Counted from the first letter of the stretch, positions 7,975-18,956 are shown. The stretch is 64,000 bases of DNA from an uncultured Thermoproteaceae archaeon (GCA_964575955.1 CAZNTG010000003.1:64001-128000); one strand, 5' to 3'. Numbers and translations: made by a program. Notes: generated by a model not told the origin, from the letters alone.

Positions 7975-10900
7975 ATGAGTAAGTTGATTGATCTTGAGCT
8001 TGAGTATATAAATAGGACTAGCTGGTTGGTTAGGGAGAATGCTAATGTTAATGAGTCTGCTATTACATTATTTTGGTATGTTGCTAAGCAGAGTATTCTT
8101 GATGATGTTTTGAAGTTTATACCTCCGAGAGCTGTTAAGGCTCATAGAGAGGGTTGGATTCATATTAATAAGCTGTTTGATGGCGGTTGGTATTTACCAT
8201 ACTGTTGTGGTGTTGATACTGCTAGAATATTGCAGAAAGGTTTGATAACTCCAAACATATCTTCAAAACCTCCAAAACATCTTGATAGTGCTGTTGATCA
8301 ATTAGCAAACTTCATAATGATGATGGCTCAGGAGAGGAGTGTTACAGGTGATACGCCAGTACTGGTCAAGGTTGGTAATGTGTGGAAGATATTCACTATA
8401 GAGGAACTATATAGAGATTATGGTTCTGATAAGATTATTCATGTTCTAGCATTCACACCTGAGGGTAAGATTGTTGAAGCTCCTGCAAGAATTGTATACC
8501 ATGGTAAGCATAGAGTTATCAGGATAACACTTGAAGATGGTAGTTGGATTGATGTAACACCTGACCATAGTGTATTTAAGTATGAGAATGGTAAGATAGT
8601 ACTTGTAAAAGCTGGAGATCTAAAGGTTGGTGATAGCCTAGTAATACCACATAGACTAAACATACCTACAAGAAGACTAGAGATTGAAAGTTTTGCAATA
8701 TGTGATGGTGGTGAGATACCTGTAGAGATGTTTGAAATAGATGAAGATCATGTTAAGAAATTCTTAAAGAAGGTATTTCACAAGTTTGGAAGAGTTATAG
8801 AAAATGCTAATGGTATATCTTTAGAGTTTAGCATATGTTCATGGAGATTTGCAGTTGGATTAGTATATCTATTAGCAAGATTTGGAATTAGATCAAGAGT
8901 TGTATCTAGCGATGATGGTAGTTTTAAGGTTATCATAGACATACCTGAGAGTGTTGAGAAATTTGTAAGATTTATAGATCTTGAAGAGTCTATGTACAAG
9001 TTTGAGACTTATCGTAAGAGCGTTATCGTTCCTATTCCAGGAACTGATCTTGCGTATGTTAAGATTGTTAAGATTGAAGATGTTGGTGAACGTGATGTCT
9101 ATGATTTTGAAGTTCCTCCGTTAGAGAACTTTATTGCTGGTTGGTCACCAATATGTTTACATAATACTGGTGCTATCGGTCTTAATGCTATTGATCTATA
9201 CTTAGCACCATACATTGCACATGACAAGCTTGATTATGAGCAGGTTAAGCAATGTATTCAGAGGTTCATATATAATCTAAACTATACTACAAGAGTTGGA
9301 TATCAGACACCATTTAGCAATGTAACATTCGGTCTAGGTGTTAAGGAGTACTATTCAGCACCTGCATATGTTGGTGGTAGGATTGTTGGTAAGTTGGGAG
9401 ATTATGTTGAGGAAGCTAAGCTAGTATTGAAAGCATTTTGTGAAATACTTCTTGAAGGTGATGCTTATGGTAGACCGTTTAGTGTTGCTGGTGATGAGAT
9501 TACAATAGCTAGATTAGATGGTAGGTTAGTGATAGATGAGATTGGTAAAATTATTGATAAGCTATTTGAAAAATATGGAGACTATGTTCTAAAGTTTGGA
9601 AAATATGAAATATTACCATTGGCTGGTCTTGATGTTAATTTGGAAGTATTAGGTATCTCCAATGCAGTACCAACATTCCAAAAGGTGCTATATTTGGCAA
9701 GACATAGAGAGGATAGTGTTATTGAGATTAAGACTGATAGAGGATTTACAATCAAGGTTACAGATTCACACTCTGTACTTGTATGGGAAGGTGGTAAAAT
9801 AGTTGTTAAGGAGGCTAAAGATTTGAAGATAGGCGATGAACTTGTTGCATTAATATCACTTCCAGAGTTTGGAAGAGTAGATAGGTATGAGTATGTGAAT
9901 ATTGCAAAACTATTGAGAGAACATGTTCAAAATGTTGAGGATGTGTATGTTAAATCTCGTAGTGGAGAAGTATTACCATTATCTGAAGTTGATGTATCAG
10001 TATTGACAGATGAGGATGAGATATTTACAACTAGTGATAGGGTTGTAGTACCTGCGGTTATTAAGCTAGATGAAGAGTTTAGCTATCTACTCGGAATATT
10101 CACTATGAGAGGTATTTTAGAGAATTGTAAAGTCGTATTTAGATTTAATATTGATGAGTTTGATATTGCTAAGCGTGTAGTATCGATATTTGAGAATGTG
10201 TTTGGAATTAAGCCAATATTAAGATTCTATGGTGATAGTATACTTGTTGAGGTAGATTCTAGAATAGTTTCAGAATTGTTTAAGATATTTAATGTTGATC
10301 ATATACTTGAATCTTCACCAATAGTTAAGATTTCATTTATATCAGGTATTGTAGATTCTATACAAGACTTAGAGCTTGATAATGATGAAGTTGTTTTGAA
10401 GTTTAGTAATAAGAAGTTGATGTATCTCATAACTTATCTACTTCTAAGTCTTGGAATTGAAGTTTATGCAGGTGATAGTGGTCTAGTATTGAGGTATAGT
10501 CCTCTATATAGAGAATTCTCTAGATTTAGCATCAAGCTATCTAAGACATGTACAGGTAAGTCTGTGAGTTGTGTAGTTGCTGATGGTTGTGGATTTGTAG
10601 GCAGGTTGAAGGTTGTTGACATTAGAAGGGTTGAGTATAGTGGTTATGTGTATGACTTTACTACATCTAGTGAAAACTTCCTTGCAGGTGTTGTAGTTGT
10701 ACATAACACATTCCCAATACCAACAATAATACTTACTAATGATTGGATTAAGATAGTTGAAAGTGATGCAGAGCTTAGTGATCTATTTTGGAGATGTGTT
10801 GCTGAGCGTGGAAGTTTCTACTTCCTAAATAGTCTGACAAGTGATAGAACAGGAATATTCAGCTTCTGCTGTAGATTGACTGTTGATGTTAGAAAGGTTG

Positions 10901-11883
10901 TAGAGTATCTACATATGAGTAGAGGTGTATGGGCATTACCACCAAGTACTGGAAGTATTGGATATATAACGATAAACCTGCCTAGAATTGCTATTGAAGC
11001 ATCTATGAGAGGAGATGCTGAGAAGTATGTAGATGAACTACTTTATGAGTATATGAATATTGGTAGAGAAGTTCTAAATATACTCAGAGCAAGATATACA
11101 AAATTGCATAAGTTAGGTTACTATCCACTAACCAGACTGTACATAGATGAGCATGATCCATTTAAATACTACTATAATACTATTGCAGTTACAGGAATGG
11201 CAGAGTATGTATCTATAATATTGAATGAGCCTAAACTATGGTTTAGAGAGATAAGTTTTGATGGTAGAGAATATGTTAAAGATGTTATTAGAGTATATAA
11301 GAGAACTTTTGAATATATGGGTAAGATATTGGAAGAGTTTGAAGAAGAGGATAGAGTATTATACAACCTAGAACAAGCACCTGCAGAGTCTAGTAGTTAT
11401 AAGTTTGCTAGACTTGACTGGGAGAGATATCCAAAGTTTAGAGAATTCATACCACACGGTGTTGATCCATTTACAGGACGTGAAGAGCCATATTACACAA
11501 GTCAGAATACTCCACCATATACATCATGGAGAATTCAAACACAGATAGCTGTTGAGTCTGAAATTCAGAAGTTATTTACAGGTGGTGTAATGAAGCACAT
11601 ATTTGTCCATAGACCTGTAAAGAGTGAGAAAGTTAGAGAGTTGGTACTGTCTATATGTGAGAAGACTGATATAGTATATCTAAGCTATGCACCAACACAG
11701 AGTATATGTCTAGATTGTGGATATAGAACTACAGAGGTAATTTGGGAATGTCCAAAGTGTGGTAGTAAGAATGTTGAACAGTGGACTAGGATTGTGGGAT
11801 ATTATAGACCTGTTAGGAGTTGGAATCCAGGTAGAAGAACAGAATTTGCTATGAGAAGAGATTTTGCACAAGATTTTGCATAA
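7975..11883 (+). CDS. nrdD: Anaerobic (class III) ribonucleoside-triphosphate reductase with two inteins
   Basis: PYCC, PPKHLDSA, FCCRL active-site loop, INLPR, PAESS, C-terminal CxxC..CxxC and glycyl-radical loop RIVGYYRPV. Confidence 0.95.
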   Translation: MSKLIDLELEYINRTSWLVRENANVNESAITLFWYVAKQSILDDVLKFIPPRAVKAHREGWIHINKLFDGGWYLPYCCGVDTARILQKGLITPNISSKPPKHLDSAVDQLANFIMMMAQERSVTGDTPVLVKVGNVWKIFTIEELYRDYGSDKIIHVLAFTPEGKIVEAPARIVYHGKHRVIRITLEDGSWIDVTPDHSVFKYENGKIVLVKAGDLKVGDSLVIPHRLNIPTRRLEIESFAICDGGEIPVEMFEIDEDHVKKFLKKVFHKFGRVIENANGISLEFSICSWRFAVGLVYLLARFGIRSRVVSSDDGSFKVIIDIPESVEKFVRFIDLEESMYKFETYRKSVIVPIPGTDLAYVKIVKIEDVGERDVYDFEVPPLENFIAGWSPICLHNTGAIGLNAIDLYLAPYIAHDKLDYEQVKQCIQRFIYNLNYTTRVGYQTPFSNVTFGLGVKEYYSAPAYVGGRIVGKLGDYVEEAKLVLKAFCEILLEGDAYGRPFSVAGDEITIARLDGRLVIDEIGKIIDKLFEKYGDYVLKFGKYEILPLAGLDVNLEVLGISNAVPTFQKVLYLARHREDSVIEIKTDRGFTIKVTDSHSVLVWEGGKIVVKEAKDLKIGDELVALISLPEFGRVDRYEYVNIAKLLREHVQNVEDVYVKSRSGEVLPLSEVDVSVLTDEDEIFTTSDRVVVPAVIKLDEEFSYLLGIFTMRGILENCKVVFRFNIDEFDIAKRVVSIFENVFGIKPILRFYGDSILVEVDSRIVSELFKIFNVDHILESSPIVKISFISGIVDSIQDLELDNDEVVLKFSNKKLMYLITYLLLSLGIEVYAGDSGLVLRYSPLYREFSRFSIKLSKTCTGKSVSCVVADGCGFVGRLKVVDIRRVEYSGYVYDFTTSSENFLAGVVVVHNTFPIPTIILTNDWIKIVESDAELSDLFWRCVAERGSFYFLNSLTSDRTGIFSFCCRLTVDVRKVVEYLHMSRGVWALPPSTGSIGYITINLPRIAIEASMRGDAEKYVDELLYEYMNIGREVLNILRARYTKLHKLGYYPLTRLYIDEHDPFKYYYNTIAVTGMAEYVSIILNEPKLWFREISFDGREYVKDVIRVYKRTFEYMGKILEEFEEEDRVLYNLEQAPAESSSYKFARLDWERYPKFREFIPHGVDPFTGREEPYYTSQNTPPYTSWRIQTQIAVESEIQKLFTGGVMKHIFVHRPVKSEKVRELVLSICEKTDIVYLSYAPTQSICLDCGYRTTEVIWECPKCGSKNVEQWTRIVGYYRPVRSWNPGRRTEFAMRRDFAQDFA
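8338..9165 (+). mobile_element. Intein 1 in nrdD (276 aa, reduced endonuclease)
   Basis: Starts SVTGDTPV; block B VTPDHSV; block F VYDFEV; ends CLHN followed by Thr; LARFGIRS is a LAGLIDADG block-H remnant. Confidence 0.9.
9481..10707 (+). mobile_element. Intein 2 in nrdD (409 aa, degenerate LAGLIDADG)
   Basis: Starts SVAGDE after GRPF; block B VTDSHSV; ends VYDFTTSSENFLAGVVVVHN followed by TFPIP; degenerate blocks YLLGIFTMRG and FISGIVDS. Confidence 0.9.
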
Positions 11884-11885
11884 TT

Positions 11886-12464
11886 TTAATATCTTGGAGC
11901 TGACTTTATAATTTCTAAAGCCTGTACAACTCTTCTAAGAACTTCTAGATCACGTATCAATCTCTCGTATGTAGTATCATCAATCTCGCCTCTATTCTTA
12001 GCTGATTCTATCTCTTGTAGAAGTATGTCTATCTTTTCAGTACTTATAGTCATGGTATCTATTGATCTTATCCAATGTTCTTTAATCATATTTTCAATCT
12101 CGTCATACTTACGTTTCAACTCTTCGTATAGTGTGCTTATTCTTGATATAACTTCATTTAATGTTGCAAGTCCTGAACTGTATGTTTCTTCATCTATAAT
12201 CTCTAACTCTCTCTTAACTCTCAACATCTCTATCATCTGTTTTGCAAGATCTAGCTCATTTTTCAATTCTTCAATCTTTGAGTATATTAATGCATTATCA
12301 ATATCCCATCTCCTCTTCAATTCTTCTACAGCTCTCTTATACTCTTGCCATAGTTGTGAAACTTTTTCAAGAAGTTGTTTATACTCTTCATACTTCCTAT
12401 TTACAAATTCTTGAATTGCCTCTATATACGTGCTTAATCTTCTTTCTAATTCTGATGTCGACAT
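11886..12464 (-). CDS. Coiled-coil protein, CdvA-like C-terminal region
   Basis: Heptad pattern; L-x-V-K-R-E-L-E-I-I-D-E-E-T-Y motif; terminal GEIDDTTYERL. Confidence 0.65.
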   Translation of the reverse strand: MSTSELERRLSTYIEAIQEFVNRKYEEYKQLLEKVSQLWQEYKRAVEELKRRWDIDNALIYSKIEELKNELDLAKQMIEMLRVKRELEIIDEETYSSGLATLNEVISRISTLYEELKRKYDEIENMIKEHWIRSIDTMTISTEKIDILLQEIESAKNRGEIDDTTYERLIRDLEVLRRVVQALEIIKSAPRY

Positions 12465-12473
12465 AGTATATCA

Positions 12474-13229
12474 CTAACTTAGAAGACTTTCAAGCTCACG
12501 TTTAAGTCTCTCATATACCTCACGACTAATCTTACCATCTCTTAACAATTCGTCAAGTCTTGTAAGTATAACTCTCATCTTACCAACTTCAGGTGTTGGT
12601 ACAACTGTCAGCAATTTCTTAACATGTGATATTATTCCACCTGAAATATATTCAAATCTTCTATACAACTCATCAAACACTCTTCTAAGTTTTGATAATC
12701 TATTCTCAATCTCTTCTCTAAGTTTACTATATTGCTCATCATCTAGTATTCCAAGATCTTTACGATAATCTAACTCTTTTAAATCTAGTTCATACATCGA
12801 TATTATTCTTTTTAATAGTTCTAGATGATGTTCTATCAATATTCTCTGCTTATCAAATTGTGTTCTAGTATTATTAACATATTCTTCATATTCTCTCCAC
12901 TTTCTATCAAGTTCTGAAACTCTATTTTCAAAATCTTGAATAATTTTTTCAAGATCTTCAATAATCATATCTTCATACTCTCTAGAAGGCTTTACAGCTA
13001 CTTCTACAGGTTTTGTCTCTACAGGTTTTACTTCTGCACTTTCTATCGTCTGAACTTGTTGTGTTTCTGGTTTTGTCTCTATAGCAGCCCTATGTCTAAT
13101 ATATATTGGACATGTAATGTAGTCAAGAAAGCAATACCATGCATATGGATTAACTGGCTTGTTAGTAAATGAGCATATATACATATCTCCCTCTCTCCTT
13201 AATGCTGGACATACAGCACTTCGAGACAT
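12474..13229 (-). CDS. Cys4 N-terminal domain plus CdvA-like coiled-coil protein, paralogous to the downstream gene
   Basis: N-terminal 4 Cys; ELDYRKDLGILDDEQY; terminal DGKISREVYERLKREL. Confidence 0.65.
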   Translation of the reverse strand: MSRSAVCPALRREGDMYICSFTNKPVNPYAWYCFLDYITCPIYIRHRAAIETKPETQQVQTIESAEVKPVETKPVEVAVKPSREYEDMIIEDLEKIIQDFENRVSELDRKWREYEEYVNNTRTQFDKQRILIEHHLELLKRIISMYELDLKELDYRKDLGILDDEQYSKLREEIENRLSKLRRVFDELYRRFEYISGGIISHVKKLLTVVPTPEVGKMRVILTRLDELLRDGKISREVYERLKRELESLLS

Positions 13230-13234
13230 ATGTA

Positions 13235-13966
13235 TTACCTAGACATGGGGTGATATATACTATCCTCATTTAATAAAGATACAGTTTTAATATAGTCTAA
13301 ATGTGTTCCAATATCGATAACATCATCTTCTAAACATTCTAAATCTATGTAACTAACATTAACTTTTCTACTAACAAGCTCTCTAAATAGAATATTCATA
13401 TCTACCATATCATACATAGTTTCAAGATGTTCCAATATTGGATATATGGCTTCAAGATTTATGTAATATATTCCTGATATAGTACTAAATTCAGGTTTTT
13501 CAACCCATCTCAATTCTCCATCACTTACAATAATGCCATATTTAAACTTTCTACGTATAGTAAATATTGTAAGTATACTACCACTATCTATACAAGTTTC
13601 AACTTTCTTCATAATATTTTCAATACATCGTTTAGATATGTATAGATCCCCGTTAATTAGAATTATGTTCTTAAACCTATACTTCAAATATACATTTTTT
13701 AAATGTCCTGCTGTACCTCTTAATTTAGAATCTACTAATGTTTCAACATTTAGATATTTTAGATATCTTTCGTATGGATATGCGCAATATCCTAATACTA
13801 TGACAATTTTAGAATCTTTCAATACTTCTCTTATATTTTTCACAATGTTTAGTAATGTGCTGAATTTTCTAGATATAGGTACGAGAGGTTTTGGTGTTAT
13901 GTATGTTAATGGTTTTAATCTCTTACCTGCACCTGCTGCTAATACTACTACATCTATAATAGTTAT
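13235..13966 (-). CDS. Sugar-phosphate nucleotidyltransferase (start extended upstream of the ORF-track start at 13843)
   Basis: The in-frame upstream sequence encodes IDVVVLAAGAGKRLKPLTYITPKPLVP; also GTAG, NGD, EKP, DIGT. The start position is uncertain (ATA/ATT). Confidence 0.8.
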   Translation of the reverse strand: MTIIDVVVLAAGAGKRLKPLTYITPKPLVPISRKFSTLLNIVKNIREVLKDSKIVIVLGYCAYPYERYLKYLNVETLVDSKLRGTAGHLKNVYLKYRFKNIILINGDLYISKRCIENIMKKVETCIDSGSILTIFTIRRKFKYGIIVSDGELRWVEKPEFSTISGIYYINLEAIYPILEHLETMYDMVDMNILFRELVSRKVNVSYIDLECLEDDVIDIGTHLDYIKTVSLLNEDSIYHPMSR

Positions 13967-13970
13967 GCAC

Positions 13971-14297
13971 CTATAGGTAGTCTTCTAGACCTATCTTCTT
14001 TAATTTAGCTCTAACTTTTTCAACATCTTTCTCAAGTTTCTTAGCTTCCTTAACTATGTCTATCTCTGGAGCTTCTTCATGTCTCTTACTCTTTAGACAT
14101 TTTCCATCAGGTGATAGTGCACGTGCCATACATGATGCAAATTGACATCTAGCACCTATGCATTGATCATTTGTTAATGTACATATTACCTGTACATTAC
14201 TTCCTCTTCTAATTATTCTAAGACACTTCTTTAAACATCTAAAATCTGGACATCTTGGTCCTTCACATTCTTTTAGTCCTTCACTATTGGTTTTCAT
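13971..14297 (-). CDS. Cys-rich hypothetical protein
   Basis: 108 aa with 8 Cys and a C-terminal helix; co-oriented within the operon. Confidence 0.7.
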   Translation of the reverse strand: MKTNSEGLKECEGPRCPDFRCLKKCLRIIRRGSNVQVICTLTNDQCIGARCQFASCMARALSPDGKCLKSKRHEEAPEIDIVKEAKKLEKDVEKVRAKLKKIGLEDYL

Positions 14298-14338
14298 TAA
14301 TGTTACATGTATTATATCTTGACTAGTACTTAATAACT

Positions 14339-15301
14339 TTACTTTTCTAAAACCTGGCTTTGCAATATTTCTGCTTCTCTTCTACACCCATTTTCAAGTA
14401 GAAATCTGTATACTTCATATGGTTCTGGTACATTACTACCACCTCTCTTAGTACATTTTAATGCTGAGTATGCAGATGCTATCTTTCCAGCAATTTCTGG
14501 TTCTACACCTAGAATTCTCATGTATGTATATACTGCTGAATATACATCACCAGCACCTGTAGTATCAATAACATTAACTTTAAATGGCTGTATTAGATAT
14601 TTAGAATCTTCAATAATTATAAGACTACCTCTATCTCCTAGAGTTATTATAAATTCCCTACATTTATCATATAGATCTCTAATCTTATGTTCAAAATTTT
14701 CTGTCTTAAACATTAGATATGCTTCTTGAAAATTCATGAACATATAGTTAAATCTTATATCAAACTTTTCAATAAAATCTATGCCTAGTTTAGCAATTTC
14801 TGTTCTAAGTCCTAAAGATATAGATTTTACATTTATACTACTAATCTTCTCTAACACCTCTTTCAATACTTCAATCTCAGATAATACTACATGTACATGA
14901 TCTACATTTTCTAATACTTTCAAATCTTCATCCGTCAATGTTAGATATTTATTAGCACCTGAATTTCCTATCATATACTTCACACCTCTATTATCAACTA
15001 TGACTATTACAAATCCTGTTGTCTCATTTACTCTCTTTATATGTTTAATATCAATGTTGAGAACTTTCAATCTATCTATCAGGAAATCTCCAATCACATC
15101 TAGACCACATGAAGCTATTAGAATTGAGTATCCGCACAATTTTGATATTGTTATTGCATAGTTTGTAGCTGCACCTCCTGGAGCTATATACGCTTCTCTA
15201 CATGTTTCTCTAGAGTCTGGCTTAGGAATTTCATCAACTCTTACATATATGTCAAGATTTAGATGACCTATAGATGCTACTCTAGGTTTCACATTATCCA
15301 A
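14339..15301 (-). CDS. PfkB-family carbohydrate kinase
   Basis: PGGAATN, ITLGDRG, DTTGAGD. Confidence 0.92.
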   Translation of the reverse strand: MDNVKPRVASIGHLNLDIYVRVDEIPKPDSRETCREAYIAPGGAATNYAITISKLCGYSILIASCGLDVIGDFLIDRLKVLNIDIKHIKRVNETTGFVIVIVDNRGVKYMIGNSGANKYLTLTDEDLKVLENVDHVHVVLSEIEVLKEVLEKISSINVKSISLGLRTEIAKLGIDFIEKFDIRFNYMFMNFQEAYLMFKTENFEHKIRDLYDKCREFIITLGDRGSLIIIEDSKYLIQPFKVNVIDTTGAGDVYSAVYTYMRILGVEPEIAGKIASAYSALKCTKRGGSNVPEPYEVYRFLLENGCRREAEILQSQVLEK

Positions 15302-15312
15302 CTTTTAAATAC

Positions 15313-15849
15313 TTGAAGATATTTATTAAAGATGGTAATCTCGTGAGGTTTAGTGAAGAACATGTTGAAAAGCTTCTCAGGATTCGTAAGATGTTAGAGA
15401 GGAAGATTAGAAGATTGAAAGCTCAATTAAGATTTTATGAAGAACTTCTAAGATATGTAGATTCAATACTTAGACAATCATCAATAACAACAGCTGATAA
15501 ATATCTTATTGAGAAGCAAAAGATTGAAGAGAGGATTAGTAAGTGTGTTGATATTGAGAGAAGAGATGAATATGTTGAAATTAGGCTAAAATTTCCATTG
15601 AAGAAGGATGATTGGAGATTTAGAAAATATGTTAAAGAGAAGTATTTAGAAAAATTTAAGAGTGAAGATCTTGAGAGAGTTAGAGAAGGTGAGATTGAGA
15701 AGGAGTATATGTTTGATTATGAGGTAGTCACTAGAGAGGATGGAACTATTGAAAGTTTAAAATTGTGGAATTGTGATAATATTAGACTTGAGAGGATTGT
15801 CAAGATTTTAGAATATATATGTAGAAGAGCTAGACAAGAGTCAGGTTAG
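15313..15849 (+). CDS. Hypothetical protein with N-terminal coiled coil
   Basis: 178 aa ORF filling the gap between the pfkB gene and lig. Confidence 0.65.
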   Translation: MKIFIKDGNLVRFSEEHVEKLLRIRKMLERKIRRLKAQLRFYEELLRYVDSILRQSSITTADKYLIEKQKIEERISKCVDIERRDEYVEIRLKFPLKKDDWRFRKYVKEKYLEKFKSEDLERVREGEIEKEYMFDYEVVTREDGTIESLKLWNCDNIRLERIVKILEYICRRARQESG

Positions 15850-17705
15850 ACTACTTCACTAATCTTCACCTTTCTCTGCCTCAGATACATCTCATATATC
15901 TCTTTAACTGTTGTTGCTTGTTCAGGTTTTTTATCAAATCTATACCTACCTGTAAATCTTGGAAATCTTATTGCAAGTCCAAATCCTGGTTTTACACTAT
16001 TCATAGCACATGTATGTAATGGACTTAGCGTTATCTCTGCACCAACAATCTCTAAGACTAGTGAAGGTACAAACCACACATCTGGTTCCATCTTACTTAC
16101 AACTCTTGGATGTTTGTGAGGTATTTTGTATGGTTCTAATATTTGTTGAAGTTTTACAAGATCTTCATCTGTAAATCCACTACCTACCTTACAGACTGTG
16201 TAGAACATGTCTGTATCTGGATCATATGCAGCCATTAGTAATGCACCATACTTACCTGCTCTTCTACCTCTACCGTAGAATGCTCCGACAACTACTAGAT
16301 CTAGTGTGTCTGTTAGCTCACTTCTATAATCTCTCTTATACTTAATCCATAGCCATCCTCTAGAACCCATCTCATATATTGCATCCATCTTCACAGATTT
16401 ACATACAAGTCCTTCACATTCTTCAGATATTGCTTCATGGAAGAACTTTTCTAATTCTTCAACATCATCGATAAGTCTCCATGTTGCAATTTCTACATTT
16501 TCTGTAGGTTTTACAATTTCTATAAGTTTTCTTCTCCTATCTATTAGTGGTGTATTTGTTAGATCTTGACCGTCAACATATATTACGTCGAATAGGAATA
16601 GTTTAACAGGATATTCTTTCATTGCTTCTGCAATGTTGTGTTTTCTCCTTCTATGCATGAGTTCTTGAAATGGTTTAAATTCTCCAGTATCTGGATCATA
16701 CGCAACAATCTCACCTTCGACTATGTATTCTCTAGCGTTTATTGCCTCTTCAACATATTTAACAACGTCAGGATATGCATGTGTGATATCTTCAAGTCTT
16801 CTACTAAATATCTTAATTCTACCATCTCTAGTCTTATGAATTTGTGCTCTCTCACCATCATACTTATACTCGCATAAAGCTATACCTCCAAGTTTTGACA
16901 ATATCTCACTTGCAGAGCTCAATCTCTCAGCTAGCATTGGCTGTACAGGTATTCCAGGTGTTACGCGTATTTCCTGTAGAGCTTGTGGTCCTTTCTCAGC
17001 TAGTAGTTTTGCAATATATCCTAAATCTGGATATACGTGATATGCTTTCTCAAGTTCTTCTCTTCTAACTTTAAATACTGTAGATAATGCGTCTAGTATA
17101 GTCATATCTGCTATTCCAAGTCTAAGTCTACCTACTACAAATCTAGCAATGTATTTAGCTTCTTCAGGTTTTGCATCACTAAATAATGATGCTAATAACT
17201 TAACTTTCAGATCCATAGCACCTTCACCTGTAGCTTTAGCAATCTGCATTAAAGTATCGTAAACTCTGCTCATAGTTAATTCTCTCTGAACCTTACCTGT
17301 ACCTCCTCCTAAAAATGCTAGTATTGTACCTTGCTGTGTCTGTTTCTGTGTCTTCTGTAGTAGTACTCTTCTAGCAACTTCACCTAAATCACCAATCTTC
17401 TTATACAACTCTTCAATCTGTTTAATAGGTAGACCTGAAGCATGTGATAGTGCTCTCATTGTAAGTCTCTCACCAACACCAAGTTCAACACCTTCCCAAC
17501 TTGGTCTTAAGTCTCCAAGTATGAAGTATATTACCTTATCTATAACATTTGGAGAACATTTTCTCAATAATAGTGAGAGTAGTTTAGCCATTGTTGTTCT
17601 TTGTGATGTAGCTTCAATAGCTTCGAGAACCTTAACTACTTCACTAAATTTCAAATCCTGTTCCTGATCTGTAGTCTTAACACGATTAGAACTCATACTA
17701 CTCAA
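15846..17705 (-). CDS. lig: ATP-dependent DNA ligase
   Basis: [10 protein letters not shown] adenylation motif, [20 protein letters not shown]. Confidence 0.97.
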   Translation of the reverse strand: MSSMSSNRVKTTDQEQDLKFSEVVKVLEAIEATSQRTTMAKLLSLLLRKCSPNVIDKVIYFILGDLRPSWEGVELGVGERLTMRALSHASGLPIKQIEELYKKIGDLGEVARRVLLQKTQKQTQQGTILAFLGGGTGKVQRELTMSRVYDTLMQIAKATGEGAMDLKVKLLASLFSDAKPEEAKYIARFVVGRLRLGIADMTILDALSTVFKVRREELEKAYHVYPDLGYIAKLLAEKGPQALQEIRVTPGIPVQPMLAERLSSASEILSKLGGIALCEYKYDGERAQIHKTRDGRIKIFSRRLEDITHAYPDVVKYVEEAINAREYIVEGEIVAYDPDTGEFKPFQELMHRRRKHNIAEAMKEYPVKLFLFDVIYVDGQDLTNTPLIDRRRKLIEIVKPTENVEIATWRLIDDVEELEKFFHEAISEECEGLVCKSVKMDAIYEMGSRGWLWIKYKRDYRSELTDTLDLVVVGAFYGRGRRAGKYGALLMAAYDPDTDMFYTVCKVGSGFTDEDLVKLQQILEPYKIPHKHPRVVSKMEPDVWFVPSLVLEIVGAEITLSPLHTCAMNSVKPGFGLAIRFPRFTGRYRFDKKPEQATTVKEIYEMYLRQRKVKISEVV

Positions 17706-17725
17706 TAATTATAACTATATCCTGA

Positions 17726-18283
17726 TTAATAAGGTCGCTTCTTTTCAAGAAGCATCTCTAGATATGTCTTATGTACAATATCACTATCTTTCAAACCTAT
17801 ACTCTCTGCAAAATCTTTAATATTTTTAATACATTCATCTATTAGAGATCTATCATTTACAACACACTCTATCTCTACAAAATTACCTAAATCTTTAACA
17901 TAGTCTAGAGATATTGTTAAATTCTCTTTCTGAAATACACGTCTATACTTCACAATTTCTATAACCTTCCTGAAACCTAACCTCTCTAAAATTTTAATAC
18001 AATTTTCATAATTATCAACTTCTACACTAATCTCCTCTCTAGTCTTACCTTCACTACACATTCTAGGTCCTTTATATGTCAATATGTATGATGTTCCTCT
18101 TTCAGATTTTTCAATTCTTAATCTCAAAGCTTCATCACTCTTTGCAAAATCTCTACATGGATGTGCAAAGTATATATCTATCTCCTCTACTACGTATATC
18201 TGTCTACATTTACTATCTATCAATTTTTTCTCAATATTTTGAATATTATTTTCAACTTTATACTTTATCTCAACTTCATACAT
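17726..18283 (-). CDS. cyaB: CYTH-domain protein (class IV adenylate cyclase-like)
   Basis: EVEIK, DIYF, ALRLR, LTYKGP, LGNFVEIE. Confidence 0.9.
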   Translation of the reverse strand: MYEVEIKYKVENNIQNIEKKLIDSKCRQIYVVEEIDIYFAHPCRDFAKSDEALRLRIEKSERGTSYILTYKGPRMCSEGKTREEISVEVDNYENCIKILERLGFRKVIEIVKYRRVFQKENLTISLDYVKDLGNFVEIECVVNDRSLIDECIKNIKDFAESIGLKDSDIVHKTYLEMLLEKKRPY

Positions 18284-18297
18284 ATATTAAGTATGTA

Positions 18298-18891
18298 TTA
18301 GTCTACTATTTTAATCTTCTCTTTCAAACTATTTAATATTTCTAGTAGATTTTCAATGCTGAGTCTATTCATTATAAATTCTCTCAATAGTATCAGTTCT
18401 GTAGTGCAGTATGTTATTATGTTTGTATCTATTCCCTTATAGTTTAGTATTATGTATGCATAAGATTCTTCATTTATTTCTCTATATACTTCAATATTCT
18501 TTAAAATATTTCTTAACTCTTTATCTTCTATTTTTGACATGTTTTCTCTACCAATTATGTCTATTCCAGAGCATACATACTCGACTTCTAGTATGCATGG
18601 TGGTTTATACATGTCTACTATCAGCATCTTCCTACTTTTCAATTTCTCATTTGAGTACTTCTTAACGTATTCGTATGGTATTGATGTTACGTATGTTAAT
18701 TCTCCTCTAAATCCTGCATATATACATACTGTTGCTGGTTCTTTAGTGATCTTTCCTGGTGATGTTAATATCATTGCAAATGCGTTACATCTATCTCCAA
18801 ATGTTCTAAATACGTATATTGTAGCTATGTTAAATATCTTATTTAATTTTTCTTCTGATGCGCTTACAGCTATTATAAATGCATCAATCAT
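18298..18891 (-). CDS. Hypothetical protein
   Basis: 197 aa ORF co-oriented with cyaB and lig. Confidence 0.6.
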   Translation of the reverse strand: MIDAFIIAVSASEEKLNKIFNIATIYVFRTFGDRCNAFAMILTSPGKITKEPATVCIYAGFRGELTYVTSIPYEYVKKYSNEKLKSRKMLIVDMYKPPCILEVEYVCSGIDIIGRENMSKIEDKELRNILKNIEVYREINEESYAYIILNYKGIDTNIITYCTTELILLREFIMNRLSIENLLEILNSLKEKIKIVD

Positions 18892-18956
18892 CCTATAGTA
18901 CTATATTTAAAGTCAAGTTTTATAAAGAAGTATCTACAGGAATAGATAGTGTATAG

